A DNA stretch of 64,000 nucleotides from NCBI GenBank assembly GCA_017416535.1, contig JAFQCG010000001.1, forward strand, positions 139,013 to 203,012, in the 5' to 3' direction. This DNA comes from Bacilli bacterium. GTDB lineage: Bacteria; Bacillota_I; Bacilli_A; RF39; UBA660. The notes below the pieces were generated by a model, which was given only the letters and a program-made list of their open reading frames with translations, did not search any database and was not told the origin of the DNA. The position numbers and the translations under genes are program-made. Numbering within the stretch: position 1 is the stretch's first letter; each line of letters starts with the position of its first letter. Shown here piece by piece: positions 41,646-50,779 of the stretch.

Positions 41646-42311
41646 ATGATGATAGATACATTGGAAGAATTCAAAAAACAACATTTTGACAATTATAAAC
41701 AAGCTATTTTGGAGATTATTCGTAATAATACTGATGTACTAGTTAATGAAGATATTATGTCTTTACTAAGAAAACCTCCACTTGATTCTATGGATTCAAT
41801 TAAGTCAAAATATTTAGATTTAGCAAAAAAAAATAAAATAGTTTTAGATACAGTTAAATTGGATGCTTTACTTGAAGGATATAGAAAAGAAGTTATTAAA
41901 TGTTGTGATGATGTAAAAAAAATTAGAGTTACAGCTCTTGAGAATATAGTTAAGGAAACTAAGTTTTCTAAAGAAACAGATATTATTAAATTTAATAAAA
42001 AGGATTTTAATGAAATAAATAAGAAGATTAAAAAGTCTATGAAAGATAGTCTTCAAGACTCTGTTGAAAAAAGAATTATAAAGAAAGTAGATACTGTATT
42101 TCCTAATGATATTGATGCTTCGATAAAGAAAAAAATTAGTGATGAAGTTATTAAGTTTGTAAAGGGTGCATATCAAAGACAATTACTTGAAAATGTAGAT
42201 TTTAAGATTCTTGTTAAGGATACTACTTTAGCAAATAGTGCAAAAGAGCATGGAGAAAGACATTTGTTTACTTTGACTAATTCAAGAATATTTAGACAAG
42301 AAGATAAATAA
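41646..42311 (+). CDS. hypothetical lysine-rich protein, no recognizable family
   Basis: 221 aa, predicted soluble, K/D/E-rich. Consistent coding periodicity; an RBS GGAG lies upstream. Confidence 0.5.
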   Translation: MMIDTLEEFKKQHFDNYKQAILEIIRNNTDVLVNEDIMSLLRKPPLDSMDSIKSKYLDLAKKNKIVLDTVKLDALLEGYRKEVIKCCDDVKKIRVTALENIVKETKFSKETDIIKFNKKDFNEINKKIKKSMKDSLQDSVEKRIIKKVDTVFPNDIDASIKKKISDEVIKFVKGAYQRQLLENVDFKILVKDTTLANSAKEHGERHLFTLTNSRIFRQEDK

Positions 42312-42332
42312 GAGACGTTTGTCTCTTTTTTT
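42311..42332 (+). terminator. rho-independent terminator
   Basis: AGAGAC-GTTT-GTCTCT hairpin plus T6. Confidence 0.7.
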
Positions 42333-42381
42333 GTGTCGTTATTTTTTTGTTTACATAAGATATGATAGCGGAGGAATTTAA

Positions 42382-43140
42382 ATGATTTTATTATATTGTA
42401 TGTTAGGAATTTTAATACCATTTATTGGTACTTGTTTGGGAAGTTTTTTTGTTTTTTTCTTAAAAAAAGAAATTAATCCAAACTTTCAAAAGGTAATGAC
42501 AGGTTTTGCAAGTGGAGTTATGATTGCTGCAAGTATTTGGTCACTTATAATACCGTCTGTTGAAATGGTGGAGTTACAGTATAAATTAATATGGCTTCCT
42601 GCTGTTGTTGGTTTATTACTAGGTGTTTTATTTTTAATTTTTGTTAATAAGGTATCGGATAATGTCCAAAATAATAGAGGTAAAGGTATTAATATGTTGA
42701 TGTTTTCAGTTACTCTTCATAATATTCCAGAGGGAATGGCTGTGGGTGTCTGTTTTGCTAGTGTATTATCTGGCAACACAGGAGTTAGTCTACTTAGTGC
42801 AATTATATTAGCTTTGGGTATTGCTATTCAGAATATTCCTGAAGGAGCTATTATTTCAATGCCAATGAAGTTAGATGGAGTCTCTAAAAAAGAATCTTTT
42901 TTTACAGGAGTAATGTCAGGTATTGTTGAACCAATTGCATCTTTAATAACTATTGCACTTATTAATGTTGTTGTTCCTTTATTACCATATCTTTTGGCAT
43001 TTGCTGCAGGTGCAATGATATATGTTGTATTTGAGGAATTAGTTCCTGAAATGCATAATGGTAATAAATCTTTTTGGGGAATTATAAGTGTAATTATTGG
43101 TTTTTCAGTTATGATGATTTTAGACATTACATTGGGTTAG
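42382..43140 (+). CDS. zupT: ZIP family metal (zinc) transporter ZupT-like
   Basis: 252 aa, 8 TM, HNIPEGMAVG and QNIPEGA signature motifs. Confidence 0.8.
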   Translation: MILLYCMLGILIPFIGTCLGSFFVFFLKKEINPNFQKVMTGFASGVMIAASIWSLIIPSVEMVELQYKLIWLPAVVGLLLGVLFLIFVNKVSDNVQNNRGKGINMLMFSVTLHNIPEGMAVGVCFASVLSGNTGVSLLSAIILALGIAIQNIPEGAIISMPMKLDGVSKKESFFTGVMSGIVEPIASLITIALINVVVPLLPYLLAFAAGAMIYVVFEELVPEMHNGNKSFWGIISVIIGFSVMMILDITLG

Positions 43141-43239
43141 TATTTGTATAATACTTGTCAAATATTCATTTTCTTTTGTTCTTTTTTCTTATAGTTTTTT
43201 TATGATGTGTTATATTAAAAATATAATAGGAGTGATATT

Positions 43240-43815
43240 ATGGTTTTTGGATCAGTTAAAGGATATGGTATTCAACAAATATCTTTAAAGATGTTAGAGA
43301 ATAAAAAGTGGAATTTTAGTGAATTAGAGATAAAAGATTCTGATATAAAAAATGAAATTAAATCTGTAATAGAAAATGGGGGAACTGTCTTTGCTTTAGA
43401 AAAAAAGAAGATATTTAAAGCCGTTTATTTATTTAAATTAGTTAATGATAGTGATGATAAATATTTATCTTTTGCTAAGAAAATTGTATTAGATGAAATT
43501 ATTGAGGATGCTATTAAAGAGTTTGAAGATGATATGACTACTTTATTAGGTGAGGCGGTTGCTGGTGAAGAAGTGTCTAAAGTTATTTGGGGAGAAAAGG
43601 AAATAGAATTATCAAAAATAAAAATTGGTAAATTAGAAATACCATTATCAATTATTTGGATGTTAATGGGTATTTTGTTCTGGTTATTATTTGATGACTT
43701 TATGTGGTTTGTGATTTATTTATGTATTGGGGTATCTTCTGGATATGCTGTTAAAATTAATGAACCAAAGAGAAAATTAAAAAAGAGTAAGAAAAAGACT
43801 AAAGAAAAGAAATAG
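43240..43815 (+). CDS. hypothetical protein: N-terminal soluble domain, two C-terminal TM helices, basic tail
   Basis: 191 aa. TM segments IIWMLMGILFWLLF / FVIYLCIGVSSGYAV, tail KRKLKKSKKKTKEKK. Confidence 0.5.
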   Translation: MVFGSVKGYGIQQISLKMLENKKWNFSELEIKDSDIKNEIKSVIENGGTVFALEKKKIFKAVYLFKLVNDSDDKYLSFAKKIVLDEIIEDAIKEFEDDMTTLLGEAVAGEEVSKVIWGEKEIELSKIKIGKLEIPLSIIWMLMGILFWLLFDDFMWFVIYLCIGVSSGYAVKINEPKRKLKKSKKKTKEKK

Positions 43816-43826
43816 TCTTTTTTATT
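43793..43826 (+). terminator. terminator after the 191-aa hypothetical
   Basis: AAGACTA...TAGTCTT hairpin plus T-run. Confidence 0.55.
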
Positions 43827-43839
43827 TGGTATAAAAATT

Positions 43840-43853
43840 ATTTCCCGGGAAAT
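43840..43853. promoter_or_regulatory. Noc-binding site (NBS) palindrome ATTTCCCGGGAAAT in the spoVT upstream region
   Basis: Perfect 14-mer, identical to the site at 30187. It lies 29 bp upstream of the spoVT start. Confidence 0.6.
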
Positions 43854-43881
43854 AATATTTTTAGGGAAAGTGAGGAATAAT

Positions 43882-44412
43882 ATGAAGTCAACAGGTGTTG
43901 TTAGAAGAGTAGATGATTTAGGAAGAATTGTTATTCCAAAAGAAATAAGAAGAACTCTTAGAATTAGAGATGGTGAAGAGTTAGAAATATTTGTAGATGA
44001 CGAAGCTATCATTTTAAAAAAATTTTCAAATGTCGCAGATTTAGGTGATGTATCAAAAAAAATTGTTGATGTTGTAAGTTCTTTTATTGGTAAGACTGTG
44101 TTAGTTACGGATAGAGATACATTTATTACTGGAAGTGGTGAGTTAAAGAAAAAATATTTAAATAAGGAGATATCTAGTTATATTGAAGATATTATGTCTA
44201 ATCGTAATGTTGTGGTTCAGAAGAATATTGGAAATATTCAGTTGGGTGATGTTTCTGGCGAAATGTATTCTTATATTATTAATCCTATTATTAGTTTTGG
44301 TGATGTCATTGGGTCTGTTATTGTGATATCTACTAGTAGTGATATTTCTGAATTTGATGTTACTATTACTGGAATGATTACACAATTTTTAGGAAAATAT
44401 GTTGAAGATTAA
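43882..44412 (+). CDS. spoVT: stage V sporulation protein T (AbrB-N domain + GAF-like domain)
   Basis: MKSTGVVRRVDDLGRIVIPKEIRRTLRIRDGEELEIFVD nearly matches B. subtilis SpoVT. The C-terminal domain is also conserved. Lies downstream of mfd, as in Bacillus. Confidence 0.8.
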   Translation: MKSTGVVRRVDDLGRIVIPKEIRRTLRIRDGEELEIFVDDEAIILKKFSNVADLGDVSKKIVDVVSSFIGKTVLVTDRDTFITGSGELKKKYLNKEISSYIEDIMSNRNVVVQKNIGNIQLGDVSGEMYSYIINPIISFGDVIGSVIVISTSSDISEFDVTITGMITQFLGKYVED

Positions 44413-44439
44413 ATATTTTTATGTTATATTAAGTCCGTA

Positions 44440-44705
44440 ACTTTTTAAATGTGTTGATGAAGAGTCTATAGCAAAACGTTTATTTTTAGAGACCTCGGTT
44501 AGGTGAAAGCGAGGAATAGATTAAGTTATATGATATGGCTTCTGAACTACTATATCGATATGTAGGTATAGTCGTAGATAGGCGTTAACTATTTAAGTGT
44601 ATAATATCAAATTATTATGAAATAAGGTGGTACCGCGAAAATCTTCGTCCTTATGTCGTAATAATTTTTTTTTGATATTTAATATGATTAAAGGGAGTGA
44701 TTTTG
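44440..44705 (+). promoter_or_regulatory. putative T-box riboswitch leader of metS
   Basis: AAUAAGGUGGUACCGCG at 44621-44637 matches the T-box core AAUUAGGGUGGUACCGCG. About 250 nt of structured leader precede the aminoacyl-tRNA synthetase gene. The specifier and terminator were not resolved by eye. Confidence 0.55.
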
Positions 44706-46253
44706 ATGGCAGAAAAATATTATATTTCTACTGCAATTGCTTATACTTCAGGTAAACCTCATATTGGGAATACTTATGAGATTGTTTTAGCAGATGCAAT
44801 TGCGAGATGGAAAAGATTAAAAGGTTATGATGTTTATTTTCAAACTGGAACAGATGAACATGGTATTAAAATTGAGGAGAAAGCTGCAGCAGCTGGTGTT
44901 GAACCACAATCATTTGTTGATGATGTAGCTGGAGAAATTAAACGTATTTGGGATTTAATGAATACAAGTTATGATCGTTTTGTTAGAACTACTGATAAGC
45001 GACATAAAGAAGTTGTTCAACATATTTTTAAGAAAATGTATGATAAAGGAGATATTTACAAAGGTGAATACAAGGGACTTTATTGTACTCCTTGTGAATC
45101 TTTTTGGACTGAGTCTCAATTAGTTGATGGTAAGTGTCCTGATTGTGGAAGAGATGTTCATGAGCAAAGTGAGGAAGCATATTTCTTTAAATTAAGTAAT
45201 TATCAAGAAAAACTTGAAAAGTACATTGAGGAACATCCTGATTTTATTCAACCTGTGGCACGTAAGAATGAAATGTTAAATAACTTTATCAAACCTGGAC
45301 TACAAGATTTATGTGTTTCACGTACAACATTAAAATGGGGAATTCCAGTAGATTTTGATCCTAAGCATGTTGTATATGTCTGGCTAGATGCATTAACAAA
45401 TTATATTACTAATATAGGATATGATGTAGATAATGCAAATGAAGAATTTAAAAAACTTTGGCCAGCAGACTTACATTTGATTGGAAAAGATATTATTCGT
45501 TTCCATACTATCTATTGGCCTTGTTTCTTATGGTCTTTAGATTTAGAATTACCTAAGAAAGTTTTTGGACACCCTTGGTTATTAACTAGTAGTGATAAGA
45601 TGAGTAAGTCTAAAGGAAATGTTATTTATGCTGACGATTTAGTTGATAAGTTTGGATTAGATGCAGTTAGATTCTATTTATTACATGAAATTCCATTTGC
45701 AAGTGATGGTAATATTACTTATGATTTATTAATTGAAAGAGTTAATAGTGAGTTGGCAAATGTATTAGGTAATTTAGTTCAAAGAACTATTTCTATGGGA
45801 AATAAATATTTTGAGGGAAAAGTTACTAACAAGAAGGTTAATGGAGAAGTAGATGAGGTATTTATTAATAGTATTAATGAATTAGATGGTTTAGTTACTG
45901 CTAAAATGGATGAATTGCAAGTGGCTGATGCTATGACTGAAATCTTTAATGTTTTACGTGCTTCTAATAAGTATATTGATGATACTATGCCTTGGGCTTT
46001 AGCTAAAGATGAAACTCAACAAGATAGATTGGAAACTGTTTTATATAACTTACTTGAATCTATTAGAGTATGTGGTTCTATGTTAGAAGCATTTATGCCA
46101 GATACAAGTGCTAGTGTTTTAAGTCAAATTAATAGCACAGATAAATCTTATACATTTAATGAAAATAGTTCTTATGAATTAGGACAACCTAGTCCTTTGT
46201 TCCAAAGAATTGATCGTGATAAATTTATTGCAGAACATAATTTAGAAGTGTAA
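44706..46253 (+). CDS. metG: methionine--tRNA ligase (short form, no C-terminal tRNA-binding extension)
   Basis: HIGH-like PHIGNTYE, KMSKS, zinc knuckle CTPCESF...CPDCG. Confidence 0.9.
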   Translation: MAEKYYISTAIAYTSGKPHIGNTYEIVLADAIARWKRLKGYDVYFQTGTDEHGIKIEEKAAAAGVEPQSFVDDVAGEIKRIWDLMNTSYDRFVRTTDKRHKEVVQHIFKKMYDKGDIYKGEYKGLYCTPCESFWTESQLVDGKCPDCGRDVHEQSEEAYFFKLSNYQEKLEKYIEEHPDFIQPVARKNEMLNNFIKPGLQDLCVSRTTLKWGIPVDFDPKHVVYVWLDALTNYITNIGYDVDNANEEFKKLWPADLHLIGKDIIRFHTIYWPCFLWSLDLELPKKVFGHPWLLTSSDKMSKSKGNVIYADDLVDKFGLDAVRFYLLHEIPFASDGNITYDLLIERVNSELANVLGNLVQRTISMGNKYFEGKVTNKKVNGEVDEVFINSINELDGLVTAKMDELQVADAMTEIFNVLRASNKYIDDTMPWALAKDETQQDRLETVLYNLLESIRVCGSMLEAFMPDTSASVLSQINSTDKSYTFNENSSYELGQPSPLFQRIDRDKFIAEHNLEV

Positions 46254-46278
46254 AGTTTATGCAAAGATAAATAAAAAG

Positions 46279-46311
46279 TATGTGGATTAGTTTAATTCAC
46301 ATATTTTTTTT
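46279..46311 (+). terminator. terminator after metS
   Basis: ATGTG...CACAT stem plus T8. Confidence 0.45.
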
Positions 46312-46344
46312 GTTATATTAATATTGTAGTACATCGGAGGAATT

Positions 46345-46518
46345 ATGACTAATGAAAAAAGTAGTATATTGTCTGTAGATGTAGTTTATTTGGTTATTAT
46401 AATGTTACTTACATTATGTTTTTTGGGTGCAAAAAATGTTGTGGATTTACTTTTTTTGGTAGTAGTGACATTTTATTATATTAGAATTAAAGTTTATCGC
46501 TACCAAAAATACCATTAA
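46345..46518 (+). CDS. putative small membrane protein (57 aa)
   Basis: RBS GGAGG at 46336-46340, then ATG 46345. The product MTNEKSSILSVDVVYLVIIMLLTLCFLGAKNVVDLLFLVVVTFYYIRIKVYRYQKYH is hydrophobic. Below the ORF-track cutoff. Confidence 0.3.
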   Translation: MTNEKSSILSVDVVYLVIIMLLTLCFLGAKNVVDLLFLVVVTFYYIRIKVYRYQKYH

Positions 46519-46547
46519 TGTGGTATTTTTATTTTGGAGGTATTTTT

Positions 46548-47300
46548 ATGTTTATAGATACACATTGTCATTTGTCATATGAAGATTATGATGATATTGA
46601 TTTAGTAATAAAAGAGAATTGCAAAGCTAATGTTGAAAAAATTATTATTTCTGGTTGTAGCAAGGAATGGATTAGTGAATCATTAAAACTGGCAGATCTA
46701 TATGATGATGTATATGTAACTTTAGGTTATCATCCATCTGAGGTAGATGTTGTTACTGATGAAATGCTTAATGATTTAAAGAAACAATTAAAAAATAAAA
46801 AGGTTGTAGGATTAGGTGAAATAGGACTTGATTACTATTATGGTAAAGATAATAAGGAAAAACAACTAGAGTTATTTGAAAAACAACTTAAAATTGCTGA
46901 AGCTATGAATTTAAAAGTTGTTATTCATAGTAGAGATGCTACAGAGGATACAATTAATTGTTTAAAAAAGTATAATGTATCAGGAGTTATTCATTGTTTT
47001 AGTGGTAGTGTTGAAACTGCTAAAATATATGTTGCTATGGGATACAAATTAGGTATTGGTGGAGTTGTTACTTTTAAAAATAGTAAATTGTTTGAAGTTG
47101 TACAAGCTGTTGGATTAGAGAATATTGTATTGGAAACAGATGCTCCTTATTTAGCTCCTACTCCTTTTAGAGGACAAAAAAACAGTTCAAAGTTTATTCC
47201 AATAATTGCAGAAGAAATCGGAAAAATCTTGAATAAATCTGTGCAAGAAGTTGCATCTGTTACTACTAATAATGCTTATGAATTGTTTGACTTAAGATAG
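46548..47300 (+). CDS. tatD: TatD family metal-dependent DNase (YabD)
   Basis: MFIDTHCHL start with a GGAGG RBS. The upstream listed start is read-through. Confidence 0.85.
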   Translation: MFIDTHCHLSYEDYDDIDLVIKENCKANVEKIIISGCSKEWISESLKLADLYDDVYVTLGYHPSEVDVVTDEMLNDLKKQLKNKKVVGLGEIGLDYYYGKDNKEKQLELFEKQLKIAEAMNLKVVIHSRDATEDTINCLKKYNVSGVIHCFSGSVETAKIYVAMGYKLGIGGVVTFKNSKLFEVVQAVGLENIVLETDAPYLAPTPFRGQKNSSKFIPIIAEEIGKILNKSVQEVASVTTNNAYELFDLR

Positions 47301-47348
47301 TATTTATGTTAATCTTTAGTTGATAATAGGGATAGAAGGTGATGATTA

Positions 47349-47918
47349 GTGGGTAAGAAAACTGAAATATTTAAATATTATGTAGTTCCTATTTTTATTA
47401 TATTAGCAGTATTTGGATGTTGTACGTTTTATCTATTAGAAAATATTCCTCATTCTGAAGATGATTTAGATGTTAATTATTCAAGTAAAAAGATCATCAT
47501 TAATAATGATTTATTATTTAATGATGTTGTAGGTAAGAGTATTACTAAAGATAATTTAAAAGTTGGTACTACTGGGTATGTTGAATTTGAAGTAAGTTCA
47601 AAATTAGACGAAAAGGTAAAATATGAAGTTGTTCTTTCAAAAGAAGAAGCATCTCCTGAGATTCCTCTTGAATATGTAAAAGTGTATTTGACAGATGAAA
47701 ATGATAATCCATTATTAGATTCAAGTAATGGTAAAGTTTTATCTTATTTTGATTTAAAAGTTGCAGATAGTAATCTAAGTGGTAAATTGTTATATAGCGG
47801 TTATTTAAAAGATAAAGGCAGTAAGAAATTTAAATTGAGAATGTGGACTGCTGATACATATGAATTAACTGCAACAACAAGTATTTTCTCTGCGAAAATG
47901 GATGTTAATGTAAAATAG
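47349..47918 (+). CDS. secreted/anchored protein, paralog 1 of a tandem pair; candidate SipW-cognate substrate
   Basis: 189 aa from a GTG start with RBS GAAGGTGA. N-terminal K-rich n-region, then a hydrophobic core ending AVFGCCTFYLLE. Shares motifs with paralog 2 (EYVKVYL / KFKLRMWTADT). Confidence 0.5.
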   Translation: MGKKTEIFKYYVVPIFIILAVFGCCTFYLLENIPHSEDDLDVNYSSKKIIINNDLLFNDVVGKSITKDNLKVGTTGYVEFEVSSKLDEKVKYEVVLSKEEASPEIPLEYVKVYLTDENDNPLLDSSNGKVLSYFDLKVADSNLSGKLLYSGYLKDKGSKKFKLRMWTADTYELTATTSIFSAKMDVNVK

Positions 47919-47926
47919 GAGGATTT

Positions 47927-48526
47927 ATGGAAAATAAAAAGGGTGTTTCAAGAAAAATAATTATTATTTCATTTTGTATTGTAATATTGATTTTAGGTAT
48001 TATTGGTGGTGCTTTTTATATTCAAAAAAGTCAACCGGTTGATGTTATAGAGGAGACATTACCTGGAGGTAGTGTATCTCTTACATATACAGATGAAGAA
48101 AATTTGTTTGTTATAGAAAAGGCTATTCCTACTAGTGATGTTGTAGGAACTGCAAGTGATGCTGCAGAATTGTATTTTGATTTTACAGTAACAACTGATA
48201 TGGATGAAGCAAGTTTAATTAAATATTCTGTTTTGCTTGTTAAAGATGAAAGTGTTTCTACAGCTATTAATGAAAACATTAAAGTTTATTTAGAAAAACA
48301 AGTAGATGGTACATATAAAAAAGTTAGGGATCCAAAACTTTTTGAAAATAATTATAAAGATGAACAAATAGGTAATACTATTATGAAAATTCATGAACAA
48401 AAGAAGAGAGAATCTGGTAGTGATAATTATAGATTGAGAATATGGCTTTCTGATACTGCTGTTTTAGATTCTAAGGATAATCAAAATTTTGGTGTTAAAA
48501 TCGCAGTAGTGGGTACAGCTGAGTAG
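47927..48526 (+). CDS. secreted/anchored protein, paralog 2; candidate SipW-cognate substrate (TasA/camelysin-like role)
   Basis: 199 aa, RBS AGGAGG. Signal-like N-terminus ...ILGIIGGAFYIQ resembles the SipW-cognate TasA signal LVGGGTWAAFND. Shares IKVYLEKQ and NYRLRIWLSDT with paralog 1. Confidence 0.5.
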   Translation: MENKKGVSRKIIIISFCIVILILGIIGGAFYIQKSQPVDVIEETLPGGSVSLTYTDEENLFVIEKAIPTSDVVGTASDAAELYFDFTVTTDMDEASLIKYSVLLVKDESVSTAINENIKVYLEKQVDGTYKKVRDPKLFENNYKDEQIGNTIMKIHEQKKRESGSDNYRLRIWLSDTAVLDSKDNQNFGVKIAVVGTAE

Positions 48527-48534
48527 TAAATTTA

Positions 48535-48556
48535 AACGTGTAAAACACGTTTTTTT
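48535..48556 (+). terminator. rho-independent terminator after paralog 2
   Basis: AACGTGT-AAA-ACACGTT hairpin plus T6. Confidence 0.7.
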
Positions 48557-48622
48557 CTTTTGAAAATATAGTTTTTTAAATAGATTAGTATTATAATTAA
48601 TTTGAAGATCGGTGGTGATTAT

Positions 48623-49231
48623 ATGGCAAGGTCAAAATTAAATGAGAAAAAAGCTGGCTATTATACTAAGTTGTTTTTGCGTTCTTGTTTAGTTGCGGTA
48701 TTTGTTATTTTATTATCACTGTTTGGTATTATGGCTGTATGTTTTTGTGACTCTTTATATAATGAAAGTAAAGGAAATGATAAGAATCCTTTATTAAATG
48801 CTTATGTCATAGTGACTGAAAGTATGGTTCCTACAATTAAGGTAAATGATGCGATTGTTGTTAGCAGAGTAAAAAACAATTCTGTTAAGATTGGTGATGT
48901 AATAACTTTTTCATCTTCGGATAAGTACTTTAATGGATTAACAATTACTCATCGTGTTATTGGAAAAGAACTAAATGAAAGTGGTAATTATACTTATAGA
49001 ACAAAAGGAGATAATAATATTGTTGCTGATACAGCTTTAGTTAATGGAAATAAAATACATGGTAAGGTTTTATTTAAGATCCCTAAAATAGGATATATTT
49101 ATAATTTTATTTCTTCACCTAATGGTTTTATTTTTTCAATAGTTTTACCAGTATTATTGGTAATAGGATATGAGTGTTTTAGAATTTATAGAGTTATTAA
49201 ACAAAGATATCATGAAGTTGAAATATTATAA
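48623..49231 (+). CDS. sipW: signal peptidase I, SipW type (archaeal/ER-like, C-terminal TM anchor)
   Basis: Catalytic VTESMVPT (Ser), ITHRVIG (His), conserved TKGDNN, C-terminal TM FIFSIVLPVLLVIGY. ATG 48623 follows a GGTGGTGA RBS. Confidence 0.75.
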   Translation: MARSKLNEKKAGYYTKLFLRSCLVAVFVILLSLFGIMAVCFCDSLYNESKGNDKNPLLNAYVIVTESMVPTIKVNDAIVVSRVKNNSVKIGDVITFSSSDKYFNGLTITHRVIGKELNESGNYTYRTKGDNNIVADTALVNGNKIHGKVLFKIPKIGYIYNFISSPNGFIFSIVLPVLLVIGYECFRIYRVIKQRYHEVEIL

Positions 49232-49293
49232 GAAAAAAGGTACTATGCTTTTTTCTTTTTTTATATTATAATATGTGCGAAGTGGTGAGGAAT

Positions 49294-50094
49294 ATGGAAA
49301 AATATGATGTTAAATTTAAAAAGAAATTTGGACAAAATTTTTTAAAGGATGTTAATATCGTAAAACGTATAGTAAGTTGTGCTGGTATAGAAAGTAATTC
49401 TCTTGTAATTGAAGTAGGACCAGGTGGTGCTATTATGACTCGTGAACTTGCTAGTGTTGCTGATAATGTTCTTGCTTATGAAATTGATACTGATTTAGAA
49501 CTTGAACTATCTAAAAGATTGGAAAATTGTACTAATGTTGACGTGGTTTTTCAAGACTTTTTGACTTCTAATTTAATTGAAGATACGTCGAAATATAATT
49601 ATGAGCATTTATATTTTGTTAGTAATGTTCCTTATTATATAACTACACCTATTTTAATGAAACTTGTTGAAAGTGGATTAAAATTTGAAAAAATTGTAAT
49701 GATGGTTCAAAAAGAAGTTGGGGATAGGTTCTCTACTTCTAGTGGTAATAAAGAATATGGTTCTATTACCGTATTATTGAATTATTTCTATAATGTAAAA
49801 AAAGAATTTTTTGTTTCTAGAAAACAATTTGTTCCTGAACCTAATGTTGATAGTGTAATTGTTTCTTTTAGTGAGAAAAGTGAAAAATTACCTTTAAATG
49901 ATTTTAAGTTTTTTGAAAAAATTGTTAGAGATAGTTTTCAATATAAAAGAAAGAATTTACGTAATAATTTAAAAAATTATGATTTAGACATAGTATCTGA
50001 TGTTCTTCAAGAATATGGTTATGATCTGACTGTTAGGGCTGAAGCTTTAGATGTTAATGTCTTTGTAGATATTGCTAATGCATTAAAAAAATAA
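49294..50094 (+). CDS. rsmA: 16S rRNA (adenine1518/1519-N6)-dimethyltransferase RsmA (KsgA)
   Basis: FKKKFGQNFL, VIEVGPGGAIMT, and the NVPYYITTPIL-type motif. Confidence 0.9.
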   Translation: MEKYDVKFKKKFGQNFLKDVNIVKRIVSCAGIESNSLVIEVGPGGAIMTRELASVADNVLAYEIDTDLELELSKRLENCTNVDVVFQDFLTSNLIEDTSKYNYEHLYFVSNVPYYITTPILMKLVESGLKFEKIVMMVQKEVGDRFSTSSGNKEYGSITVLLNYFYNVKKEFFVSRKQFVPEPNVDSVIVSFSEKSEKLPLNDFKFFEKIVRDSFQYKRKNLRNNLKNYDLDIVSDVLQEYGYDLTVRAEALDVNVFVDIANALKK

Positions 50095-50105
50095 GTCATA
50101 ATGAC

Positions 50106-50669
50106 TTATTTTTTGTATATATATTTTCTTGTTCCATAATAACTTAGTGTTTCAATTGTTTCAGCGATTTCATTAATATCTGTTTCAAAATCATTTTGAA
50201 CCCAGAAGTTTATTACGCCGAGAGCTCCATTAAATATAAATATTGAGGCATATTCCATATCTGTTTCTTTTATATTAGGTAAATCTTTTTCCCATTTTTC
50301 TTTACATCGTGAATATGCAATTTCTAATATATTATTTAAGAAATATAACCCATTATTTGTATTAAATAGCATTTTTACTAACTCTTTATTATCTATAAAA
50401 ACTTCTAACATAGCTTTAGCAAAATTAATAACCGTATTTTCCGCTTCTGTTTTTGGTATATAAGCATTTTTTAGTTCTGTTTCAAATTCTTTTTTTATTG
50501 AATCTAATAAATTGTATACATCTAAATAATATCTATAAAATGTTGCGCGGTTTATGTCTGCTTTGGCACATATTTCACTTACTGTTATTTTTTTTATTTC
50601 CTTTTGTGATACTAATTCAATAAATGTATCTTTTATAACTTTTTTTGTATATTTTACTCTTCTGTCCAT
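50106..50669 (-). CDS. TetR/AcrR family transcriptional regulator
   Basis: 187 aa. N-terminal HTH ITVSEICAKADINRATFYRYY. Confidence 0.8.
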   Translation of the reverse strand: MDRRVKYTKKVIKDTFIELVSQKEIKKITVSEICAKADINRATFYRYYLDVYNLLDSIKKEFETELKNAYIPKTEAENTVINFAKAMLEVFIDNKELVKMLFNTNNGLYFLNNILEIAYSRCKEKWEKDLPNIKETDMEYASIFIFNGALGVINFWVQNDFETDINEIAETIETLSYYGTRKYIYKK

Positions 50670-50779
50670 AAAACCTCTTTTTTAAACATATTTTATTTAT
50701 TTGTTTAATAACTATCAATATTGTAATTTTTGATTATTGTAATGATTATATATTAATTATATAATACAATTGTAATATA

